Shown: positions 14,636 through 27,000 of the stretch, one piece after another
How positions within the stretch are numbered: position 1 is the first letter of the stretch
Layout: the number at the start of each line of letters is the position of its first letter
Source: Bispira polyomma
Lineage: Eukaryota
Length of the DNA: 64,000 nucleotides
Assembly (NCBI GenBank): GCA_965649765.1
Contig: OZ287748.1
Location: forward strand, 41,292,001-41,356,000
Direction: 5' to 3'
Notes under the pieces: model-generated
Seen by the model: only the letters and a program-made list of their open reading frames with translations
Told to the model about the DNA's origin: nothing
Database searches by the model: none
Translations under genes and position numbers: made by a program

Positions 14636-15075
14636 TTATCTTGATTCAGGTAAGGGAGTGCTGCGTCCACTGCCACTGTAACCACTAACAAGACTTCCCT
14701 GCCTGGTCATCACTACTTGCCTTCCCATCATATGATGCTGATGCTGATGGTGACTTTCTCTGCTACTTTCAGATCTCAGTATTCTGGGGCTGTATACACG
14801 TAAACTGGGTCTGCGATCCAGTAACAAGGGGCGTGCACTGTTAGGTGTATTACCACCAGTAGTTGGGGAGCTCATACAACTACCGCTATCTAACTGCAGT
14901 GGGTAGCTGTATCCTGGAGACCGCCGTGTGCTGCTACTATGGGGAGAGATCCGACTAAAGCTCTTCTCACTATAGAGGATCCTCCTGGACGGGACCTGGT
15001 TTTTAACTATGATCTCTCTACTGCCAGACATTTCAGACCTGCCATCACTTTTCAGTCGACCAAGCAGTGATCGCC
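14636..15075 (-). CDS. PKHD1L1-like distal terminal exon Z2 (intact Ser/Arg/Pro-rich cytoplasmic tail)
   Basis: Acceptor aaacag|GGCGATCA at 15075, phase 1, matching the T2 donor. Open to TAA at 14636: GRSLLGRLKSDG...STPLPESR*. Confidence 0.8.
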
Positions 15076-18000
15076 CTGTTTTTAATGAAAAAAACAACAA
15101 GTCGAGATGAATAGATTAAATAAAACCAGAAGTGATCTTCTTATTGTAAATGAAAAGAAACAAGTCAATTTGAATATATCTAAACAAGCAGCAGTAATCT
15201 TCCTATTATATGTTGAATATATCTAAACAAGCAGCAGTGATCTTCCTATTATATGTTGAATAGATCTAAACAAGCAGCAGTGATCTTTCTATTATAAGTT
15301 GAATATATCTAAACAAGCAGTAGTGATCTTCCTATTATAAGTTGAATATATCTAAACAAGCAGTAGTGATCTTCCTATTATAAGTTGAATATATCTAAAC
15401 AAGCAGCAGTGATCTTCCTATTATAAGTTAAAGAAACAAGTCAATTTGATTATATATATAAAACAATCAGTGTTCTTCCTATTGCAAATTAAAAACACAA
15501 CTCAATTAAAAAATATATAAAATAAGAAGTAAACTTCCTAGTGTAAGATTTAAAAACAACATCTGAATGCCTAAACGGAGATCAGATTCCTTCTCATCGA
15601 TGACTCTATCTCGCACTGTTTCCGAGATAACAGACGTTTCCCGGTAAGACTTGAAAAAGACTTGTAGGCCAAAAATGAGGTTGAATCGCTCTATGTCGTA
15701 TTTCTGAGATAACAAACGTTTCCAGAGAAGATGCAAAAATTCAAGATGGCCGCCAAAATTGTAAAATTTATGAAAAGTTGTCGTAGACCTTGAAAATGAT
15801 GCCCTGTGGTAAAAAAGAGAGGTTGAAATTGCTCCATCTCGCCCCGTTTCCTTGATAGCAGACGTTTTCATTTTCATTGGCAATATATACAAAACTTTAC
15901 AAGCTCTTAAAAATCTGTTTGACAAAAAAAGTGATGTTTGTACAGGAAATATCTTTTTTTGAAGATCCTGATGACATGAACAATTTTTTATCCTTGGTAC
16001 CTGAAAATAATCAGGAAGTCTGTAACATCTGTAGTTTTGGAGAAGAATCTGTTGAGGTCTACGCATCTCCATAGGAATAAGTCAGTGACTTTATCAGCTG
16101 ACTTCAAAATCACTTAGAAAATACAGGTATCTCTTAACATATATACAGCAGATCATTTTGCTTATGCAAACTTCTAAATACTACCTATAATACCCACTTT
16201 ACATGTGTGAATTTTAACAAGAGTGGCGCATGGGGCCACATCAGCAGATGCTTTTTTGGATGTTTCTGAAAGGAGAGGTATTAGAGTAAAATGTTCCTAT
16301 GTTGTGAGAGGATTTTGTTACAAGTTATAGATCGATAAATTATAATATGTACTATCCCAACCATGACAGCATATTAAATCTTAATTCATTAAACCCAGAT
16401 ACGGTAAATTTAGTAAATGAGGAAGAAACATTATTTCACTGACATATATTTGCATAAGGTATCTATCATATATTTATATATTTCATTTTAATAATAATCT
16501 AATTCACAAATTTAATTAATTGGACTGTCAAGCTAAAAGTAAATCCACCTTATATTATGAAAATTGTGTGTAAAACAAACGTGAAAGTATTTTACCGACA
16601 TACATTTTAATATATTTTTTATTGCCCTATATAATTAATATAAATACATTCCTTTATGCAAAACCTGTTAAATTAATAAATTGTTAAAAGGGTAAATAAT
16701 GACAACATATAAAAGAACAATGACTTTGAACAATACAAAGACATACACACACAAAAATAGCCCTCCCCCCATGACCTTGTTTATAAAGAGAGAAAAAGAG
16801 AGAAAAAAAGAGATCAAAGGAAAAGTGGCTGGTTTGCCCCTCACAATCAATATATAGGGTGACCATGACTAAGCTTTTTTCCAGGCACACAACCAAAATG
16901 GCAGCCAAGGCGGAGAGGAGGACAGTTATTTGTGTAGCAATTGGCCTTTGAGAAAAGAAAAGGCCTATATTGATTTTTATATGCAGCCAAATATATATTA
17001 ATTTGAAAAAACCAATCAAACATCTTTGCCTTAGCAATGGGAGGGGGGGGGGGAATACCCCCAAATGTAACAATAAGGGCTATAAATCCTAAACTAACAG
17101 AGATAACAAATTTTTTTTACCCTATCTACAAGACATAACAAGTACACACAAAATGTTTCAGTCCAAAGTCCCAAAGATGAGCGATTCCAGCCTGTTCTCA
17201 CAAATCACTAGGTGTATTCACTATTCCATGTGATCACGACAGAGATGTCACAACGGCACTCTGTTCCAGTATGACGCATCTGCTGCAAAAACTAAAATGC
17301 CTCTTTTATTTAATCAATCTCTCCCAACATGTTTGGATAACAAAGGTTGTACTGCATTATGGTCAGAGATTAGCATTTTATTTCTTTACATATATGTTAC
17401 CACAAAAATTAAATTTTCTGTATATCTCTGGTTATTCCTTAATTGCAGCCTATATTTTACCTGATTTTGTGCCCTTTAATAACAGCACTACAAAAAGGGC
17501 CAGAACAAGTCCTACAGCAACTACACCAAGTACTCCAATAACAGCAGGATGTAGTCCACCACTGTCGTCCAACTCCTAAAATATATGTAAAAAATATCAT
17601 GTTAAATTTAACCAAATAATGTCAAAATAAAACTTTGTAAAAATAATATTTAGTGTCACATTTCATAATTGTGTTGGTCTTAAAATACATATAAAAAGAA
17701 TATTTTGTGTCACATTTCACAAACTTTTTTTCTCATTTAATTGATGACTAAAAACTGAGTCCTTAAGTGCATTTAAAATAGACTAACTAATGTCTTCTAA
17801 AATACATATGAAAGAATATTTAGTGTCACATTTCATGAACACTTTTTTCTTTACAGTTGTAACGTTACTTTTCAGCACATCTTGTGTCATATCATGATGT
17901 AATAGACTGCTACTTAAAGGGGTTAGACTCTATTTAAAAGTCCTAGAGGTATAATTTGCAAACTAAATTGCAAGCACACTGAGGAGAGAACAGATTTAAA

Positions 18001-21000
18001 AGTACCAGACGTATAAATTACAAACTACATTGCAAGCACACTGAGGAGAGAACAGAAGTTCCTGTGCATTTGTAAACATCAGGTCACTTCTATTTGAGCA
18101 GTAAAGTGAGAACATCACCACTGCTGTGATATGCATATATGGTCATGCTCATAAGTCCTAACAAGAACAGAGTGCCTTGGTGGCCCCATCGTGAGAATCC
18201 TACTAGAAAGCAAGTTACTGCCCATGCATCTACAATGCGTTCTTGATGACAAAGAGTCCCGAAAATAGCGTACCAGTCGCTAGTTAATGCATTCCCTTGA
18301 AATGTCTTCTATTTTTGCTCACTCAAGATCGTTTGATAAAATATAACCTTAAATAGCACTTGTACAAATGCATTTTTGTAGAATCCTAACTTGCGTTTTC
18401 ATATTTCTCTGTTTACAGATTAGGTGTACACTTTAACAATCAAAATATTTGACATATTCTATACCATTGATGCAAGATGATAATGCTCTACTAAGGTTGG
18501 TTTTTCCTGGAAAAGACTTTCACTAGCAGTATTGAAACTGACGTCATACCGCCTTGAATGTGTGTATTAATTAATAATACCACAGTTTCCAAGTTCATGA
18601 ATACCAAATATATTCCTGTTACTAGTCTACACCACTACAGCAGGAAGCTTACATTTTAACCATAATAAGATTAAAATGTTATTGACCCTTTATTTGTATA
18701 GACGGGAAATGATATGAATTAGGAAACCAAGTTAGAAAAGCCAGATGGAATAAATCACCCTGAAATGGTGAAAAATATTGTAGTCCTCTGATTGACCGAT
18801 TAAAGTGTACTTGCCTTTCAAGGAACAGATGATGCCCCACTTTTATTGATTAACCAATAGAGTATACTATACTTCATTCCTAAAACGCTCACATGATATT
18901 CTGAGCATGAACATTCCTGTTTTGGAAGTAACAGCATTCTCATGCAAAAACTCTATAATTACAAATATTAAGACAAATGAGATACTTTAGCACAATTATT
19001 TGGGTACTGCGTGAGTGTAACAAACCTCCTCATCAGCTGGCCACCTTTCTTCTCCATCAACTTCCATAAAAGGCTCGGCCTGAATACTGTGGTTATCATA
19101 GGTGAAAACCAAACCATTCTCCAGGTCTATCCGCAGTGATTCTATAGCGCCCTCTACTGCACTAGTTTGACCACCAATAAAGAAGCTAACCACAATACTA
19201 CCTACAGGTAGAAGAAGTAAATCTCCTATCTAAACATCCAGGGGTAGTATTCTCGAACAAGTGAAAATTCATTACTTAATTAGATTTCAACTGTACTGGT
19301 GTTCTTGATTTTTTACTCACTGAGATACAATTTGTAAAAATTTTATTGTAATTTATCTTTTTGTAAGACAAATACTTACCTTATCCTCACTAAGTGCTTT
19401 TATTCATTTTGAATAATTGCTTGACCAAAAGTCTTTTTTATAAAAACTATTCTTGTTTCTTAATTTTTACCTGTCTCTCGACAACGAGGCCCGCGCATGC
19501 GCAGGAAGTGTTTTCACTTCTGTTAGTGCTTGCACGCCTCAGATTCAATTTTGGAAAGCCTGGCCACACAAATAAGTGGGGTTTGGTGGGAGGGCATCTG
19601 ACTAGTGAGGATAAGGTAAGTATTTATCTTACAAAAAGATAAATTACAATAAAATTTTTACATTTTATTGCGATAAATATCCTTACCTTATCCTCACTAA
19701 GTGCTTGATTACAACCTTTATGGTGGAGGGTATTTGTGTGACAGAACCTCACCTAAAGGATTATGTGTAATGCACTTTGTCGAGAGAATTAAGAAACTTG
19801 AACTGTAGAAGAAACTTAGAGATAATTAGGTCAGCTATTACATAGGCCTACTGTAATTCCCTATTGTAAATCAGAAATGATTAGGTAAACGTTTCATAGG
19901 AATACCTTAAACAAGACTATTCTTACTCATTGTACTCTACTGTACTAGTATTCTTGTATTTCCTTATACTTGACAGATTAAGCATATGATTAGCAACTGA
20001 GAAGGATGAAGCTATGGCTTACCTAACTCATCTATTGCTATGCTGATCCTCCTCTTGGGAAGATCCTAAATATTCTTTATAACGATGATCCCCCTCTTGT
20101 GAAGATCGTAACATTGGTGCATCTGTACATGTGGTGTGATGAACAAATTGGTTGGGCAGTTGCTGTCATCTGTTGTCAGGTGTTACCGTCATGATGATGG
20201 CAGCAATTGCCCAAGCCGACACTGGTCTTCTTAAGAAACTAGGAGGCCTGAAATAGAAGATAAACATATATCATCAGCATATAGTGAATCCATGCTGTAG
20301 TTAAGTACATTTTCCAATTCCTAGAAACGATAATGTGTCACAAGAAGTCTAAAATGCACTCACTAAAGTAAGGTGGACAATGTGTTGTGCAGAGACTACC
20401 GGACATAAGGAAAAATCTGCATCATCCCTAGATTGCCAAGCTACATCTTTCAAGTAGAAGTTAGTGAAGGTGTTATGTGACTTCCAGAAGCAAGCTCCCA
20501 GTATCTGGTCTAAAGAGACCCCCTTTAAAGGCCAATGAGGCCACCATTGATCTCTAATCGTGGGCCTTAACTTGACACAGATTTTCAATTTCAGTGTCAG
20601 CATGCTGGTAGGCCAAAATGATGATTTGCTTAAGCCAGGATGAGATAGTAGATCTCTGTATATCTTTACTAAAGCCCTCCCGGAAAGATATGAATAGTAA
20701 ATGTTTTCCTTTTCTGAGATCCTGAGTACGTTTGAGGTAATGTTTGAGAGATCTCACAGGGCACAAAGTGATCTCTTCAACTAAGGTGTCATCCAAAAAT
20801 GGACTCAACGCTGGGATGACCACAGGCTTAATGGTATCAGGACCCTGGGAAGCCAATTGGTTTTTAGCTAAAAATACTGGTGAGGGAGCTACTGTGACCT
20901 CTTTCCAGTGTGGTTTATGTTTGAGTGATTTAAAGGTCCAGGCATGTATTTCATCTCTTCTTTTGCCAGAAGCTAAGGCCATCAAAAATACCGTTTTGAA

Positions 21001-24000
21001 GGTAACAAGTTTCAGGGAAGCCTCTTTGATTGGTTCAAAAGGAGGCTTAGTTAAAGCCAATAGTACCAATGATAGATCCCAACTAGGAATACCTCTGTCT
21101 TTGGTAGGTTTGTCCCTATAGAAGCTAACTAGAAGTCTGTTCAGATCAAGACTTTTCGAGACTTCTAGTCCTGAGGTGCCTAAATGATCTGCAATAGCAG
21201 TTCTGTATCCGGCTATTGTAGCAAGTTTGACATTTTGTTTCTGAAACAGGAATAGTAAGAAATCTGCTATTTGAGCTATACTAGCTGAGGAGCTGACCAC
21301 CTTATTCTCTGAAGCCCATTGTTCAAATAAGGCCCACCTTGATTCATACACTCGTCTAGAGGATGGTCTCTGAGGTGCCTTAATTCGTTCTTCCACTAAT
21401 CTGGAATACTGGGATTCTGTTTGCATGGAGATTCCAGTATCCAGACATGGAGATTTAGATATGGCAGGTTTTGGTGATATTGGAGGCCGAATGGTTGCTT
21501 TAGCAGATGAGGCCACTGAGGTATTAAGAGTGGTGGTCTTATCGATACATCCACTAGATCCCAAAACCATGTCATCCCTGGCCATCCCGGAGCTAAGACC
21601 ATTATTCGACACTGGTAAGTCAGAACTTTCTGAACCAGCTTGGGTAAAAGAGGTACTGGACAAAAGGCATAGCCGTCCAGACCCTCCCAGGAGATGTTCA
21701 ATGCATCTACCTCCAGGGCATGGGCATCTGGTATTGGGGACACATACAGAGGTAGCTTGTGATTTTTGGATGTGGCAAACAGGTCTACTTGAGGTGTGTA
21801 TAAGCTTTGACATAGGAGCTTGAACATTTTTGGGTGGAAAGACCACTCGGTTTGAATTATTTTGTCTTTCCGAGATAGGCTGTCTGCTATCACATTCAGT
21901 GACCCCTGTATATGACGGGCTCGAACCCTGATCTTTCTGGGGTTGCAAAATGCAAGTATCCGCCAAACCATGAGACACATCTCTAGTGAACGAGTGCCCC
22001 CTTGTTTGTTCAGATATGACACGACAGATGAGTTGTCTGAGGCTATTAGAACTCTTTGTTGCCAAATTTGGTTTTGGAAAGTTTTTAGAGCAAGATATAC
22101 TGCCTTTAGTTCTAGCAGGTTTATATGTAAACCTCTTTCTAGACTTGATCAGTGACCACTGGCGGTCAATTTGCCTAGATGTGCCCCCCAACCTGTGTTG
22201 GATGCGTCTGTGAATAGAAGAAGATTGTGCTCTCTTGGATGCAAATCTTCTCCTATCATGACATTCAAGGGGTCTTCCCACCATTGAAGATGGTTCCTTA
22301 ACTGGGCTAAAACTGGGATCTGCATGTCCAAAGACTGGGGATGTTTCCAATGGGATTTTAGGTACCACTGGCAAGGTCTCATATGTAGCCTGCCAAACGG
22401 TACTTTTTTGTCCATGCTGGCCATCATGCCTATCAAGGACATTAGTATTCTGGGAGTAATGACCTTGGAGTTTTTGACCTTGTTCACTAGAAGCAAGAGT
22501 TTCGACCATTTCTTTTCGGTTGGTTTGACTAGGCCCGCCTTTAAATCGAAATGGTACCCCAGGAAATCGATCACTTGAGTGGGCTGGAGTTCTGACTTTT
22601 TGAAATTGATTAGCCAGCCCATTTGTTGTACTATTGAAATCATCTTCGGTATCTGTATTCGACTCTGTTCGATAGATGGGGATCGAATTAACCAGTCGTC
22701 TATATACTGGTGAATTCTGATTCCTTGTGACTGGAGTACTAGCTTTGTTTCTTTCACGACCCGTGTAAATTCTAGTGGGGCTGTGGCAATGCCAAACGGA
22801 AGCGCCTGGAACTGATAAGACTGTTGATCGACATTGAATCGCAGGAATTTTTGAGAATTTGGATGGATCGGTATATGGAAGTAGGCGTCTGTTAGATCTA
22901 TGGACGCTACCCACTCCCCCTTTCTCAGTGAACTGCGAATAACCTCTGCCGTCTCCATCTTGAATGTTGGGACATGGAGATTTCTGTTTAAGACACTCAA
23001 ATCGATCACTGGCCGCCATTTTTTCAACGGTTTGGGTACTAAAAATAGTCGGCTGTAAAACCCTAAAGTTGTTGAATGTTTTACCTTGCAAATCGCTCGT
23101 TTTTCTAGCATTTGAGCCACACATTGTTTGAGAAAAGCCTGCTTCTCTTTGTCTTTGTAACCGCTCAAAACATCCGGGTTTCTGGTTAACGACACTCTGA
23201 TTTCCGGCAATATTTGGTACCCGTATCTCAGAATTTGCACAACTCGGGGATGGCACTTAAAATTTTCCCATACCTGCCTGTAGTCTGCTAAGCGGCCCCC
23301 ACCAGATCCTTGATTGTCACGTACGCCGCCCACTACCCCTTGCGCCTCGTGTGCTGGTGTGACTCTGGTAACCCGTGGACTTCTTGAAATCACTTCCACG
23401 CCCTTTCGACCAGTTCTGGCTCTGATTGGGCTTGAATGTAGAACTTTTACTGTGGTAAGTCTGTTGATAACTCTTGTTGTAAGACGCCTTGGAATCAGAG
23501 TATCTGGGTCTTTTTGGAGAAGGTTGTTTAAATCTGGCTTTCGCCTGTTTCTTCTCAATGTCATTCAAGGTGGTTGGATTGAAAAGATCAGCAGTGAGGA
23601 AACCCTTCCTCCTAAGTCTGTTAGAGTCATGTTCATCCAAGGGCGAACAGCATGTCTTTAAAATGGAATCTCTATGGGCTAACTGTAAATTGCACGCCAA
23701 GGCAATGGAAGTGTCCACTGTTGTCTCCAGTACTTTGTCCACTGACCCCAAAATGGCGCCAGCAATTTGGAGGTTATCGCCCACCTTGATAGTACGTCTG
23801 GTGGCCTCATCTTCCTTCACTAAATCCGCCAAGGCCAGTACATTTGCGTTAGAATCAGAGAGAGTCTTGTCTAATGCCCTTACAAAATGAGATACATAGC
23901 TCAGTACCTGTACGTTCTCTCTTAACACCGTCTCCATTTGGGCGACCTGCTTCATAGGAATATGGACATTATAAGGCTGTGAGGTGTTTTTCGCCGTGAT

Positions 24001-27000
24001 GCATTTGAAGGCGTCCTGACACTTCGGCGCTGTGATGGAAAATGCATTAGAGGTCGATCGGTAGAACCTCATGGCTGGTCTGGAGTAGTTGATAAAACTA
24101 CCTCTGTTGATGGGCGTCGAATCTAACACTTTAGTATTCTTAGGATCGGGACGTCCCGCAGCCAGGTCTTCATAAAACTTCCAACGAACCACTACCTTGT
24201 CAACAGGCGGCAGAGTAAGGGGAAGTACAGGTTGTTTCTGACTTCTATCTCTGTTACCAAAGATTTTCGCAGGTTTTTTGGAGGTTTCTGACGGGGTCTC
24301 AAGCTCCAACAAGGATCTCACTGTCCCCAAAAGCTGTCTATAAGAGGGGTCCTCCTCTTTGTCTACCACGTGGTCACTCTCGTTCGTCTGATTAACCTCC
24401 ATGGGTGACTCAGATCTCTTCCTTCTATGTCTAGAAGACTGGACCTCTTCTTCGGACTCCTCATTCCTCGAGAAAGTACTGGTTTTTGAGGACCTGCCTC
24501 TACCTTCGACTTTCTCCAACCTTTGAGAAAGGTGACCTAGCTCCGCTAGAATTAACTGAAGAGAATCATCTTTATTCATGGGCGTTGGAGATGCTTCATC
24601 CAGAAGCTTATCATTAAAGGCATCAGCAGCCGGAAGCTTGTGAAACTTCAACCTTCTAGCTTGAATACGTCTGGTCTGGTCCGTCGTCATCTGCGTACAT
24701 AAGTAACAATCCTCAGGACTGGAAGACACACAGACATCAGCACCAAGACCCTTGTCCCTGCATGTAAGGCAATGACCATGGTGGTCAAACTCATACACTT
24801 CATGTCCACACTTCGGAGCAAGCCTCTGACAGGAGACGGAAGAAATCAGTTCGTTTTCCGCCATAGCACAGTAAATACTCATAAAAAAATAAAACCCTAT
24901 CTCAAAACCGGTCAATATGGAAAATTGGCCGAGCAAAATGGAGGTCAGCGTTAACCGACGACCAAAATGAATCTGAGGCGTGCAAGCACTAACAGAAGTG
25001 AAAACACTTCCTGCGCATGCGCGGGCCTCGTTGTCGAGAGACAGGTAAAAATTAAGAAATAAGAATAGTCTTTATAAAAAAGACTTTTGGTCGAGCAATT
25101 ATTCAAAATGAATAAAAGCACTTAGTGAGGATAAGGTAAGGATATTTATCGCAATAAAAATGTGGTATTCTTAATAATTACTTTGTAGATGCAAACTCAG
25201 ATGAAAACTCAGAATCATTAAATACCAATATTTCAGCCACTACTACACTGAAATTAGTAAGTTGTTGACAATCTTAAAATTGTATGATCATGATGTTATG
25301 TTATACCCCCACATATTAACATTGTTATCTTTTATAATAACCTCCTTTTTGGATAAATGCAAAGCCTCTGGGCAGAGATTTTATTATAGACATTACAGTA
25401 TGTCGGACTAAAAGCGCACATACCTTCAGACGTGGTGAAGTTATCCATGAATAAATCTTCAGAGAGATATTTGTTTATAAGAAAGTTCTTCATTACTGCA
25501 CTGAAAATGTCTTCTTCATCTTGAACTATCTCACGAAAGTTCTCTTTAAATACAAAACGTATTTCTCGGATAACTTCCACTATTGGTAAGCTTTCTGTCG
25601 TCACCGAAATCAAATCAGAGTAGACCATAAAGCTGTATTCACTGACTGGGCTGGTCACACATTCAAAGGTGAAAGCCAGATCTCCGTATTTGTTAAGTGT
25701 GAGGTCGCTGAAGGTCACTACACTATTCTCATTGATACTGACTGTGTTCTCTCTCACACTGTATATGCCAAGGTAGCCAGTCTTATCATACTTCTCAACG
25801 GTACACGTCCATGTATGACCCTGTATAAAACAGTAAATTCATTGATAGTTTAACGGAAAAACATGAAACACTGAATGATGTTATAGTCCTAGGTAGCCAG
25901 TTTTATCATACTTCTCAATGGTACATGTCCATGTATGAGCCTGGATAATACAGAAAATTCATTGATAGTTAATGGAAACACATAAAACACTGACTCGTAT
26001 ATTATAGAAATCACATGATACTATAAAAGGGAAATAACAGAGTTAACTTAAAGGGATTTCAATCTAGAAGGTATCTTTATAAATTAATTAGATTATTTCC
26101 AAATTTCCAGTACACTGTATAAATAGAAACAGCTGTCACTCAGCTAAAACTAATAGTTTTGGGGTCCATACACCTACATACCTCTATTATTCAAAATTCT
26201 ATTATATCAATAATAAATTTTACATGAACTCACTTCCACTCTACCAAATTCACATTTTCCTATTGTTTATAACAACATATTTCTTCTATTACATAGAACA
26301 ATCTTTAAGGTATTTGAGCACACACATGACATACCTTCCAGTGTATATTACTAGCTCTGGCTTCAGTCTCTGTATCTATCAGTTCTAGTGTGATGTCCAA
26401 GCTTTGTCCTATTGATATGCTCCTTGGCAGGTCCATCGTTCTTGCTGACAAGACTCTGCTGTTTATGGTGACCGGTCCCATTAACAGTCGAAGGAAACTG
26501 ACGTTACTGGGTCGTGTCACCTCAAACTCAATCATATATCTACACACAACAAGAAACACAATACAGTAGAACTTCTTAAGTCGAACATCAAGGACCCTAA
26601 AGCAACACCATAACTGTACATTTCCATGTGCACAGCTTATAGTTTCGGTCATATTTCTGTAAGAGATATCATATACCAAACATGGTATATATTCTAAAGG
26701 TTGTGTTTTTCTTCTTTCTGGTAAGTTTCTTAAGGCTGTATCTTTCTTATTTCTTGACTAACTTTTTCAAAATTTTAACTAGAATAATAAGATGAAAAAT
26801 TTGTTTCCAAATAACCTTATAAACATTAAAGAAAAAAGGAGTATTTTATTATTATTTATTATTATGAATTTTTCACACGCTTTATTGATACTAGGCATCT
26901 TCTAAAGCGCAACAACAGAATTATTGGTTCAATCATTAAGTCCATGGACATTGCAAAGTCGTAAGGAAGGAAGTGGGAACATGCACGAGGGAAGATAAGG

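Larger units (their letters stand above)
19333..25163 (-). mobile_element. Full-length DIRS1-type tyrosine-recombinase retrotransposon (inactivated), in intron D4-E4
   Basis: Inverted terminal repeats, an internal complementary region, and gag, RT-RNaseH-MT and overlapping YR ORFs. Boundaries are fixed by the empty site in the paralogous intron at about 30841-30862. Confidence 0.95.

Noticed and set aside
15506-16074. 188-aa minus ORF and 65-aa plus ORF
   Set aside because: No domain signal. They lie in repeat-like sequence inside the T2-Z2 intron.
19706-20349. Self-cleaving ribozyme in the DIRS 3' region
   Set aside because: I did not find a convincing hammerhead core (CUGANGA...GAAA with flanking stems) by eye. 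An Infernal/Rfam scan would be needed to settle it.
20744-23890. Plus-strand ORFs inside the DIRS element
   Set aside because: They are antisense to constrained coding frames and encode no recognisable product.
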